Of a DNA stretch of 64,000 nt, positions 48,001-56,370 are shown in pieces. Every line of letters starts with the position of its first letter. Position 1 is the first letter of the stretch. Under the pieces are notes generated by a model. The model searched no databases. It had not been told where the DNA came from and worked only from the letters and a program-made list of their open reading frames with translations. Source of the DNA: an uncultured archaeon (GTDB lineage: Archaea > Iainarchaeota > Iainarchaeia > Iainarchaeales > JAAZKV01); the NCBI GenBank assembly GCA_964534045.1, contig CAZHNO010000003.1, forward strand, positions 37,323 to 101,322. Direction: 5' to 3'. A program made the position numbers and the translations under genes.

Positions 48001-48786
48001 AGTTGGTATTTTTTTTAATTCGTTTAAACTTTGGTATGTGTAAAAAATACTTTCTAACGCAGGTATGCTTTTGATTAAGTAATTACTCATTGCGGGCAGT
48101 TCTGCTTCATTTGAACTCTGTATAAAAGATTCTTTGTAAAAAGTATAAGTTCTCATTAATGCTGAATCTTTTTCTATTAACCAATTGCCTTTTCCTGCTT
48201 CAGATGCATTATATGTTTCAATTTTATTAAAATAATAACTTAAATAATTGTTATTTTTTGTATTTCCTGTTTCTAAATCTGCTAAAATTTGTCTTAGCTC
48301 AATTAAATTAGCAAATAATTCTTCTTCTTTTAATAAATCTATTTTATCTTTGGCTAAACTTTCTTCCAAAATTGCAATTGATTCTAGAGAGTTTTTTATT
48401 CCTTCTTCCATTTCTTTGAGTGATTTTTCTAAATAAAAACTAGTTTGATTTATTTGTCCAGGTAGTGCGCTTGCTTGTCCATTTTGGCAAGACTTTGAAA
48501 TGTTGTTTATTTCTTTTATAGATTTGTTGTAAAAAAACCAGCTCCGCGCAAAATCATTTTTTATTTCGTATAATTTGCTCTCTTGACTTTGATTGGGGCT
48601 TTTATTGAATAATAAGTCTATTTTTTGATAACAGCTAGATTCTGTTTCACAATTAGGTATGTATGCAAAGCTTTTGCTTGTTAAATAGTAGCAAGTGTTT
48701 TTTTCCTCACGAGTCATTTCTGTGCACCCAAGTGTGAAAAACAAAACTATTGTTATTACTAGTATTACAAAAATTATTTTTTTCAT
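45001..48786 (-). CDS. Large (1261 aa) coiled-coil-rich surface protein with lipobox-like N-terminus and C-terminal TM
   Basis: MKK..hydrophobic..TLGC; long K/E helical regions flanking a beta-rich middle; TM plus basic tail. Confidence 0.75.
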   Translation of the reverse strand: MKKIIFVILVITIVLFFTLGCTEMTREEKNTCYYLTSKSFAYIPNCETESSCYQKIDLLFNKSPNQSQESKLYEIKNDFARSWFFYNKSIKEINNISKSCQNGQASALPGQINQTSFYLEKSLKEMEEGIKNSLESIAILEESLAKDKIDLLKEEELFANLIELRQILADLETGNTKNNNYLSYYFNKIETYNASEAGKGNWLIEKDSALMRTYTFYKESFIQSSNEAELPAMSNYLIKSIPALESIFYTYQSLNELKKIPTEKFMRLYSEISGIENSVLKKYAELINKISKNQIIIENEIQQYWKRVEQLEKECVELSINIKNGKKYPLIEEKLMSGEIIKSNETEKMLNALVEKKHSTKINKTPLGEELFKLKQIENGFTELKKMLIQKENLEINIMKEKCTAKAREIENEKNKNEEIKKIYDELMFLSKKTLEKNYTLEYCNQMLEKEVDYRLGLSDIEKLKAQKITLTKNCFEAVEKIFLYYNSEELKYFFERLKKEPVTKDNIFYFEDACEKIRSQLEKQILEEPTIKEIEKYFESILKVKEKLIELTLYNSNKEIIKKNDDISKKIMDWQKYYSTKLHIETILPIKNDFLEIIKEYEIETVDFYKNKLKKTITLMITKELINQETIIIGKENNYLLRLIVKNPFEIVDEFLIDTDLENAEIISTNNNLKEILFGKNGKIVISPLNVGTTNIDFKIRKKIDVSEKNEIIYATNKDSLLQKKIFLSNEETINNGIIKIEKPQNLIACIITVNGNETSYSEEEQEISFKVENVNNKSLIKVNYYLKNKITIEKKIISTKNTSLENTELKYELIVKNNFNEKVNTTLIIDIGSQELIKKINVFDEIKTNKQKQIIGNELILKNQELTEHEIKKYELIIEISNIYGYYQLTLNQKKEELEKFNEIKLIEKINALIGIELTETNIKEIETVLKEAEKKILEHNLKINEELRIELLKKTLDEKIIQLEKYLSESEKLELNELNEEIKTKLENIQTLIDKNNLDKAFAESEKMNFSIDDEILKKSREVINNKKSENQELLILFGELVEKQNLIEKTISFDPFEAKKLFSELLFLEKQYFEEEERLNNLESEINKNVEDEINYWLEECKSKIKLLENELNIDTKKLLEIGFILPITIKRLEQIKVNLEKIENNKTVENLTKIKEIYFELDLAHNDIKKQVIRKYNFAIDAGLSSEILGKAKSSIDSNHYIGALLILKTENSISWISFIPIGIIVIVFGIIKIKFSKKRKENQKEKQEFIKQWED

Positions 48787-48847
48787 ATGAATGCTCTTTT
48801 TTGAGCATTTAAAAAACTAAGTAGAATTTCGTTATTTGTCTTATGCC

Positions 48848-49288
48848 TTAGAAACCATGTTTTTTTTCAAAATTATTTAGTTTTTTTAGTTCTTGCATAA
48901 AAATTTGCATAAATCTTACGGTTTTGACTGTGCTTCCAATTAGGTTTCCAAGTTCAATTGCTAAATCGCCACGATATTGATCTCCTTTTATTGGCTGCTT
49001 GATGTGTTCTCTCTGATCAGTTCTTACATGCATTTGCCACATTAATGTTTGGATTTTTTGACGTGTTTTTTGATCAGTAACTCCTAATCTGTCTAATGTT
49101 GCTTTAGTTAGCATTCTAACTTTTATTCGGTAGAATCTTTTATTGCTTTGTATTGATTTTCGTTCAAAAATGGCTGAGAATAACTTTTCTTCAGCAGTCT
49201 TTTTTTTTGATGAATTTCGTTTTATTTGATTTAAATAAACCCTTGAAAGCACTTCATTAGTAAGCCCTTTTCGAATTGGTCTACCCAT
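48848..49288 (-). CDS. Basic hypothetical protein, probable paralog of 911-1219
   Basis: GGTGA RBS before MGRPIRK; LDRLG...QKI..L..Q and ...L..LIG.....RF pattern shared with 911-1219. Confidence 0.6.
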   Translation of the reverse strand: MGRPIRKGLTNEVLSRVYLNQIKRNSSKKKTAEEKLFSAIFERKSIQSNKRFYRIKVRMLTKATLDRLGVTDQKTRQKIQTLMWQMHVRTDQREHIKQPIKGDQYRGDLAIELGNLIGSTVKTVRFMQIFMQELKKLNNFEKKHGF

Positions 49289-49298
49289 TTTTTCACCA

Positions 49299-49610
49299 TT
49301 AGCTACTATCATTGCATTGTGCTAAAGCAGTTTGTGGATTATCAATTAGTTCATATAAGCAAGAATTTTCTTTGTTTAATAGTTCTTTTGCCTCTAGGCA
49401 AGTTTCACATATTCCTGATTCATTAGTGAGTAGTGGTTCTATGTAATAATGTCCCAGCATTATTCCAATTAATATTCCAATTATTAGTAAGATTATGCCG
49501 AATTTTGTTTTTTTGAAAAGGTTTCCAAACTTTCCTTTTAATTTGCTTTTTTTTTTGTGTTTTGAATCAACTAAATCTTCATACTCTTCATCAGGATTTG
49601 CTAGCGACAT
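49299..49610 (-). CDS. Single-TM hypothetical protein
   Basis: Charged N-terminus, TM GIILLIIGILIGIMLG, Cys-containing C-domain. Confidence 0.6.
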   Translation of the reverse strand: MSLANPDEEYEDLVDSKHKKKSKLKGKFGNLFKKTKFGIILLIIGILIGIMLGHYYIEPLLTNESGICETCLEAKELLNKENSCLYELIDNPQTALAQCNDSS

Positions 49611-49839
49611 GCTATGTTATTGTTTTTCTAATTAAAAAGTCTTTTGTTTTTAATTTAACTTTTCTCAAACTACAAAAAACCATTCTTATACATAATGATT
49701 TTTTTGTTTGATTTTAGCAGTTTTTAAATTTTATTATATATACATAATTAGTTTTTGTTTTATTTTTGTTTTTATTTTTTGGAGAAATATTTATAAAGAA
49801 GTTATACTTTCTTATTATAACAATTAAAGGTGTTTATCA

Positions 49840-50112
49840 ATGTACAAATATACAATCGCAAGACAATTGGCATCAAAGAGAGTTATTACTAATAGAGGAG
49901 ACGAAGTTGGTAAACTTTCAGATATGATTGTTTCAGAAGTTGGCGGGGATATAGAATCATTAGTAATTGAAGTTGATAGAAATTCAAAGATTCTTTCTAA
50001 ATCTGGAAAGATTGGAAAGACAATAGAAATACCTTATTCAGCAGTTACTGCTGTTAGTGATGTTTTTATTGTTGATGAAAGAGAATTGATTGAAGAAGTT
50101 TCTAAAGACTAA
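49840..50112 (+). CDS. PRC-barrel domain protein (CdpB-like)
   Basis: ARQL.SKRVITNRGDEVGKLSD, IPYSAVTAVSDVFIV; AAGGTG RBS. Confidence 0.88.
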   Translation: MYKYTIARQLASKRVITNRGDEVGKLSDMIVSEVGGDIESLVIEVDRNSKILSKSGKIGKTIEIPYSAVTAVSDVFIVDERELIEEVSKD

Positions 50113-51167
50113 ATTTCTAGTATAACTTTGCCCTTAGTTAAGTCAATGCTTTTGACAACAATTTTGCTAGAGTTAATCTTTTTCATTATTTCTTTTGCAT
50201 TCAAACCTTTTTTTTCATTTTCATTTATTTCTTTCAGAATTTCAGTTAGATCTGTGTACTTCAAATAAATATCGCTACCAATTTTTTTATATTTTTCAGA
50301 TTTCATTTCAGAATTTTTTATTTCTTTTTCATAATCAATTTTATATTCTTTCTTTTTTTCTTCAACAATTTTTGGTTTTTCGCTTCTTTCTAACGTATTT
50401 AGTGCTTCATTTAAAGAATCAAATTCTTTCTCATTTCCAACATCAATTGAATAAAGTACATTATCAAGCAAGCCAACTTTTTCTTCTTTTTTTGAATATT
50501 TTTCAAATGTTGAAGTGAATATTTTTTTTATTTCTTGAATGCTTAGTTTATTGGCATTTTTTTTCTTATCAATTTTTGTTTCTTCAAAAACAACTTCAAT
50601 TATTCGTGGTGCAACATTTAGTATGTCAAGTGTTGCTCCAAAAGCAGTTTTTTCATTTGTTTTCATTGCTTTTTCAAATTCCTTTTCAGTAATTTTTAAT
50701 ATATTTGCTCCTCTTGAACTTGGAAATTTATATTTTTCATTTTGTGCAAGAGTTCTATCTTTCCATTGTTCTTTTCGCATTGCTTTCAAGATGTTTAATT
50801 CATTATCACAAAGAATTATGTTTCCTTTTGCAAATAATTCAAGAATTAATATTTTTTCTGGAAAATAAAATAAAATGATTCTATCTAATCCTTTTTGTTC
50901 TATTTTTTTTATTAGTTGATTAAATAAATGTTTTTTTAGAAATGCGGAAAAGCCCCCGGGGTTTTGTTTTGCACCAATACTTTCTTCTGAAATATAAAAT
51001 GCTTTATCGTTTACAAGTATTGTTTTGTCTCCTTTTTTTGTGTGTATTTTTAATTTTAATAAACCTTCTGGAGTCGTTTGTATTTTATTAATAAATCCAT
51101 TTACAAGACATTGGTTTTCTTCAACTAAATGTTTTAGTGCAAGGTTACTTATTTGATAATTTTTCAT
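50109..51167 (-). CDS. rqcH: NFACT (Rqc2/RqcH/FbpA) family protein, C-terminally truncated
   Basis: FSAFLKKHL, IEQKGLDRII.F, ILELFAKGNIILCD, RT....E.Y.FP; ends at 352 aa. Confidence 0.88.
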   Translation of the reverse strand: MKNYQISNLALKHLVEENQCLVNGFINKIQTTPEGLLKLKIHTKKGDKTILVNDKAFYISEESIGAKQNPGGFSAFLKKHLFNQLIKKIEQKGLDRIILFYFPEKILILELFAKGNIILCDNELNILKAMRKEQWKDRTLAQNEKYKFPSSRGANILKITEKEFEKAMKTNEKTAFGATLDILNVAPRIIEVVFEETKIDKKKNANKLSIQEIKKIFTSTFEKYSKKEEKVGLLDNVLYSIDVGNEKEFDSLNEALNTLERSEKPKIVEEKKKEYKIDYEKEIKNSEMKSEKYKKIGSDIYLKYTDLTEILKEINENEKKGLNAKEIMKKINSSKIVVKSIDLTKGKVILEI

Positions 51168-51221
51168 AATAGAATTAGGGATAATGATAATAAAAATGTT
51201 AATAATCTCTCTTTAGTTTAT

Positions 51222-52469
51222 TTATGCTGAGATTTCCAAGTCATCTTCGCCACTTTCTGTTTTTATGGAATCTTTTCCATATTTTATCATTAATTTTATT
51301 AGTCCTGGGCGAGTGATTAGTTTTTTAGTAAATAATAATGCTTTATCAGTTTTAGATAAAGTTCCATTTCCAATTTTTAATGCTTCATCCATTGTTATGC
51401 TGTCAGCTAAATAATTAAAATCGTCATCTGTTAGTTGTTCAAGAAGATGTCTTCCTTTTAATCTTCTCATTAATTCTGTTCCTCTTGTATTATACCAATC
51501 TTTTGTATATCCTTCAAGTGATTTTTCATCAAACTTATTTTCTTTCAATGCTTTGATTGCGTGTTTTGCTGCAATCCTTCCACCTTCCATTGCGATTCCA
51601 ATTCCACCACCATGTATTGGATCAACCATGTGTCCAGCATCTCCAGCAACAATTAAATTATCTGCTTGCATTTTTTCTAAAAATCCACCAACCGGAATTG
51701 CTCCAGCATTTACTTCAATAATACTTCCATTTTTCATTCCTTCTTGACTTGCTATCCACTTATCTAAATAATATTTTGCTGTTTTCTTTTCGTAAGCTCC
51801 TATTCCTATACCGACATTTGCTGTTCCATCTCTTTTTGGAAATATCCAAATATATCCTCTTGGTGCAACATCTACTCCGAAAAATAAGTGTAGTAAGTTT
51901 TCATCATACCCACTTATGCCAGTCATTTCGTATTGGTAACCTGAATCAGTTTCTCTTAGTTGAAGTTTTGTATTTAATCCAAGCATTTTTGCTGTTAATG
52001 AATCAACACCATCACAAGCAATAACCAATTTACAAGTGAATTTTTTTTGTTCATCATTTTCTTCAACAATCAATTCAACTTCTTCTTTTCCTAATCTCTT
52101 TGCCCCAACAACTTGATTTCTCAATAATATTTTTGCGCCTTTTTTTACTGCTTCAATTGCTAATTCTTTTTCAAATACTTTTCTTTCTAAAACGTAACCC
52201 ATTACTTTTTGCTTTTTCATTTTTACACTCTTTCCATTTGGCGCATAAAGTTCAGCACCATGTATTGGTTGAACGGCCCATTCTTTTTTTGGTTTTAACT
52301 TTAATCTATTAAACCAGCCCAGCCCTAACCCTTCAGCGCATCTTTTTGGACAACCAATTTCTTGTTTTCTATCTAAAACAAGGACACTTATTTTTGCTTT
52401 TGCTAAATCTATTGCTGTACACAATCCTGCTGGACCAGCACCCACTACAATAACATCATAATCAACCAT
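51222..52469 (-). CDS. Geranylgeranyl reductase (digeranylgeranylglycerophospholipid reductase)
   Basis: DVIVVGAGPAG, PKRCAEG, IACDG, APRGYIWIFPK, GDAGH.V.PIHGGGI. Confidence 0.93.
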   Translation of the reverse strand: MVDYDVIVVGAGPAGLCTAIDLAKAKISVLVLDRKQEIGCPKRCAEGLGLGWFNRLKLKPKKEWAVQPIHGAELYAPNGKSVKMKKQKVMGYVLERKVFEKELAIEAVKKGAKILLRNQVVGAKRLGKEEVELIVEENDEQKKFTCKLVIACDGVDSLTAKMLGLNTKLQLRETDSGYQYEMTGISGYDENLLHLFFGVDVAPRGYIWIFPKRDGTANVGIGIGAYEKKTAKYYLDKWIASQEGMKNGSIIEVNAGAIPVGGFLEKMQADNLIVAGDAGHMVDPIHGGGIGIAMEGGRIAAKHAIKALKENKFDEKSLEGYTKDWYNTRGTELMRRLKGRHLLEQLTDDDFNYLADSITMDEALKIGNGTLSKTDKALLFTKKLITRPGLIKLMIKYGKDSIKTESGEDDLEISA

Positions 52470-52473
52470 AATT

Positions 52474-52650
52474 TCACTTCTTTATTTCCATTGCCCCAAC
52501 TGGACAAATGCTTACGCATGCTCCACAATTAATACATTTTGCTTTATCAACAACTATTCTAGTGTCCTTTAAAACTAGGGCTTGTACTGGACAAACACCA
52601 ACACATGCTCCACAATAAACACATTTGTTTGGATTATTTGTTACTGCCAT
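52474..52650 (-). CDS. 2[4Fe-4S] ferredoxin
   Basis: CVYCGACVGVCP and CINCGACVSICP; directly upstream of GGR. Confidence 0.92.
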   Translation of the reverse strand: MAVTNNPNKCVYCGACVGVCPVQALVLKDTRIVVDKAKCINCGACVSICPVGAMEIKK

Positions 52651-52730
52651 AATCTCACCAACTCGCAAAGATTTAGAATGGTTTTGTTTAAAAACTTACT
52701 GAAGAAGCGCAATAAATCATGTTTAAATAA

Positions 52731-53324
52731 TTATTCTTCTTCTAAAAATTGTTCATATTTATTGTAATTAAACCTATACAAAAATCGCTTTATTTTGAAT
52801 TCTTTGAATTTATAGTCTCTAATAATACTAACTTTGTCTCCTAAATATTTACTAAAGTCATGTTTTTGAGCAGCATCAAGTAATAAAAATTTTCCATTTA
52901 TTTCGGTGGTTACAAATGCGTGTGTTTTTAAATTTTCTAATTCTGCGATTATTACTTCTGCTTTTTCATCCCCCAAAGCTTTCATACATGAACAAGTAAA
53001 AGCAGCCATATCTTCATCATCCACAACTTTTATTTCCATTATTTCTTTAGGGCTTAACCAGTAATTTATTCCAAAATTGGTTTCAACAAATTCAAGCTCA
53101 TCTTTAATAAACTTAAATAATTTCTCCAAAACATTTGAATAATCTTTTTCAAATTCATAATTTGCTTCAGTAAATTCTCTAATTATGCTTTGAATTGTTA
53201 AATCAGAACCATTAACAAGAGTTTTTATTTCTCCAATGGTTCTTTGCTCTCGCTCATTAATTATATCAGAATATTTTTGCAACAAAAATTTACTGAGTTT
53301 TAACTCTTTTTCTTTGGAATCCAT
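52731..53324 (-). CDS. Transglutaminase-like protein lacking the catalytic Cys
   Basis: YW.SP.E...KVVDDEDMA (GDCED equivalent), THAFV, LLDA. Confidence 0.6.
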   Translation of the reverse strand: MDSKEKELKLSKFLLQKYSDIINEREQRTIGEIKTLVNGSDLTIQSIIREFTEANYEFEKDYSNVLEKLFKFIKDELEFVETNFGINYWLSPKEIMEIKVVDDEDMAAFTCSCMKALGDEKAEVIIAELENLKTHAFVTTEINGKFLLLDAAQKHDFSKYLGDKVSIIRDYKFKEFKIKRFLYRFNYNKYEQFLEEE

Positions 53325-53411
53325 ACTCTATACATAACTTCGTTGGAAAAGTTTATAAAATCAGATTTTTTTACTATATTTAATTGAATTAGACTTTTTA
53401 ACCAGTTTTTT

Positions 53412-54707
53412 CTATTTTAATACTATTTTTGCATTAGTTACCTTTTCAGCAAAAATAACTATTTTTTCTTTTTCTTGTTCAATTATTTTTTTAATATTTT
53501 CAATTTCTTTTTCAGTAGTTCTTTTTTCTTCATTTATTTTTTCAATATCCCTTTCTATTTCGTTTCTTTGGTGTTCTATTTCATTGATGCCTAAAGAAGC
53601 GCTATTATCCTTTAATTTTTTTTCAATTTCAGCTTGTCTTTTTTGAATTTCGTTTAATCTCCAAAATACTTTTTCAAAAAAATCAAAATTAATTAGTTCT
53701 TGTAATGCATCAACCCGCTTTTCTTTTTCCTTATCTTTTAATTCAATCTTTCCATCATTAATTGCATCTAAAATTTCTTTCAATATTTCCTTGAATTTTT
53801 TTCCATTCACATCTTTTTTCAAAGCAAATAGTGGATTTGTAATAAAAAGACTGAGTAGTTCTTCTTGTTCTTTGTTAATTTTCCATCTTCCACTTTTAAC
53901 CAAACCCTCAAAACGCTGTAATGGTCTATCAATAGTTGAAATCATTGAGGAAACTTCAGTTTTTAGCTCTTGTTTTTCGTGACTTATTTTACTTAACTCC
54001 TCACCCAAATTTTTTACTTCAAGCATATCAGCACTCTCACTAATTTTATTTTTTTCATCATCACATTCTTTTATTTTTTTCTTTTTCTCAAGAATTAGTT
54101 TATCAAATTCTGTTTGCTTTTTGTTTAAATCATTAATTGACTTTTGGTTTTCAATAAGATTATTTATTTTTGTTTTTATTTTTTCAAATTCAAATAATTC
54201 TTTTTCCTTTTCTAATTCGTTTCTTATTTTGTTTAATTTATTTAATAATTCTTGAAGTGTTTCTCCAAATGCTTTCATTTCATCCTTCAAGTAAACACTA
54301 GTATAAACAAGTCCTTTTCTAAATGAATTTATTTCATTTATTAGGGAAAGGTAACTTTCGTTTGAGTAAGCTCTAATTTCTTGTAGTTCACTTCCAATAT
54401 TATTAGGGTTTGTTTTATCAAGGGCTTTTTCCATTTGCAACTCAATTTGTTTTTTTGCGGTTATTGCAGCTTTGTTGAATCGCTCATTTTCTTTTTTATC
54501 CAATTCTTTTTGTTTTATATCTTTTAATAAAGTTTTACATTTTTCGTGCAAGTATTTTACTTCAGACATTTCTTTTGCCATTTCTAATTCAAGGGTTTCA
54601 ATTTTCGCCTTAAAATTGTGTTGAATTAATGTCGGCAATAAATCAAGAGTGGTTTCTTGAGTGTTCTTTGTTTTTTTGCCAAAAACTTTGCTGAATAATC
54701 CAACCAT
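53412..54707 (-). CDS. Coiled-coil hypothetical protein
   Basis: 431 aa K/E-rich heptads around a small globular insert (IDRPLQRF). Confidence 0.7.
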   Translation of the reverse strand: MVGLFSKVFGKKTKNTQETTLDLLPTLIQHNFKAKIETLELEMAKEMSEVKYLHEKCKTLLKDIKQKELDKKENERFNKAAITAKKQIELQMEKALDKTNPNNIGSELQEIRAYSNESYLSLINEINSFRKGLVYTSVYLKDEMKAFGETLQELLNKLNKIRNELEKEKELFEFEKIKTKINNLIENQKSINDLNKKQTEFDKLILEKKKKIKECDDEKNKISESADMLEVKNLGEELSKISHEKQELKTEVSSMISTIDRPLQRFEGLVKSGRWKINKEQEELLSLFITNPLFALKKDVNGKKFKEILKEILDAINDGKIELKDKEKEKRVDALQELINFDFFEKVFWRLNEIQKRQAEIEKKLKDNSASLGINEIEHQRNEIERDIEKINEEKRTTEKEIENIKKIIEQEKEKIVIFAEKVTNAKIVLK

Positions 54708-54850
54708 AATAATATTAAGTTAGCGAGAAATTAAAATAGGTTCTTTTTTTATAAAATGTGTATTTTTCGCTTTAATAAGCATTTTATTGATTTTGCTGGT
54801 GGCATTGAACTTGCCCTTTATTTATATTATAATTTGTACAACTTTTATTT

Positions 54851-56281
54851 ATGGAAAAAGAAAATAATGGTGAAAAACAATTTTTTTCAGATTTGTTAAC
54901 ATTGGCAAAAGAAATAAAAAAAAGAGAAAAAATTGTTGTCATTCATCATTATGATGCTGATGGTTTGACAAGCGGAGCAATAGCAATCAAAGCTCTTGAA
55001 AGAGAAAAGAAAAAAGTTGAACACATTTGTTTGAAACAATTATATAAAGAAAATATTGAAGAAATTAAATCTCTTGGAAAAAATTATTTGTTTGTTGACT
55101 TTGGTTCTGGACAATTAGATTATTTGCACGAACTTGGAAAAGACAATGTTTTCATTCTTGACCACCACATTCCAATAAAAGTTAATGATGAAATTCCAGA
55201 ATTTAAATTTCATATAAATCCATTGCTTTATGGTATTGATGGTGGAAAAGAAATTTCTGGTTCTGGCGTGGTTTTCTTTTTTGCGCTTGCATTAAATAAA
55301 AAAAATTCTGATTTGTCTGCACTAGCAATAGTTGGTGCTGTTGGAGATATGCAAGATTTTTCAGGAGCACTAATTGGTTTGAATAGAAAGATTTTAGAAG
55401 TTGCAGAAAAAGAAAAAGTTTTGTCAGTAAAAAAAGATTTGCGCTTGTATGGAAGAATTTCTCGCCCATTAATTTCATATTTATGTTTTTCTTCCTCGCC
55501 AATTCTACCAGAACTAACAGCACAATCAGAAAATTGTAAAAACTTTTTACTACATCTGGGAATTCCATTAAAGGATTCTTTTTCAGAAGAATGGCTTTCC
55601 TATGAAGATTTATCATTTGAGCAAAAGCAAACACTTTCCACAGCACTAATAATGCATTTAACAAAACACAATGTTCCAGAATGGAAAATAAAAGAATTAA
55701 TTGGAGAAGTTTATACTCTTGAAAAGGAACAACCAAAATCTCCTTTGCGAGATGCAAAAGAATTTGCCACTTTATTAAATTCCACTGCTAGGCACGGGGA
55801 AGCACAAATAGGTTTAGATGTTTGTCTTGGTGACAGAAATAGTTCAAGTTCTTATGGAAAAGCACTTGCTTTATTAGAAGAGCATAGAAGAGAGTTAAAA
55901 CTGGGGATAGAATTTATTGAAAGAAATGGTATTGAGGAAAGGGAATCATTTTATTTTTTTGATGCAAAAGAAGCTATTCGTGATTCACTTGTTGGTATAA
56001 TTGCAGGCATGCTTTATGGTTCAGTAATTCAAGAAAACAAACCAATTATTGCCCTTGCTCGAAATGAAGATGGAACAATAAAAGCTTCAGGAAGAGCAAC
56101 AAAAGAATTATTACGAAGAGGATTAAATTTAGGTTTAGCATTCAAAGAAATTGGTTTAGAAATTTCTGGGGTTGAAGGGGGCGGGCATAAAATTGCTGCA
56201 GGATGTAAAATTCCTTCTGAAAAATTAGATGAATTTTTGGAAAAATTGAATTTGAAAATTAAGTTACAATTGAGAATTTAG
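54851..56281 (+). CDS. RecJ-like DHH phosphoesterase (GAN/Cdc45-like)
   Basis: HHYDADG, FVDFG, DHH, GAVGDMQ, DHHA1 GGGHKIAAG. Confidence 0.92.
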   Translation: MEKENNGEKQFFSDLLTLAKEIKKREKIVVIHHYDADGLTSGAIAIKALEREKKKVEHICLKQLYKENIEEIKSLGKNYLFVDFGSGQLDYLHELGKDNVFILDHHIPIKVNDEIPEFKFHINPLLYGIDGGKEISGSGVVFFFALALNKKNSDLSALAIVGAVGDMQDFSGALIGLNRKILEVAEKEKVLSVKKDLRLYGRISRPLISYLCFSSSPILPELTAQSENCKNFLLHLGIPLKDSFSEEWLSYEDLSFEQKQTLSTALIMHLTKHNVPEWKIKELIGEVYTLEKEQPKSPLRDAKEFATLLNSTARHGEAQIGLDVCLGDRNSSSSYGKALALLEEHRRELKLGIEFIERNGIEERESFYFFDAKEAIRDSLVGIIAGMLYGSVIQENKPIIALARNEDGTIKASGRATKELLRRGLNLGLAFKEIGLEISGVEGGGHKIAAGCKIPSEKLDEFLEKLNLKIKLQLRI

Positions 56282-56370
56282 TTTTGCCCTTTTTGTATTG
56301 TTTTTCTTTAAAGAAGTTACAATTATAAAGAAAGATTAAGTATTATTAGCAGGTTAGTTGGGTGTGAATT

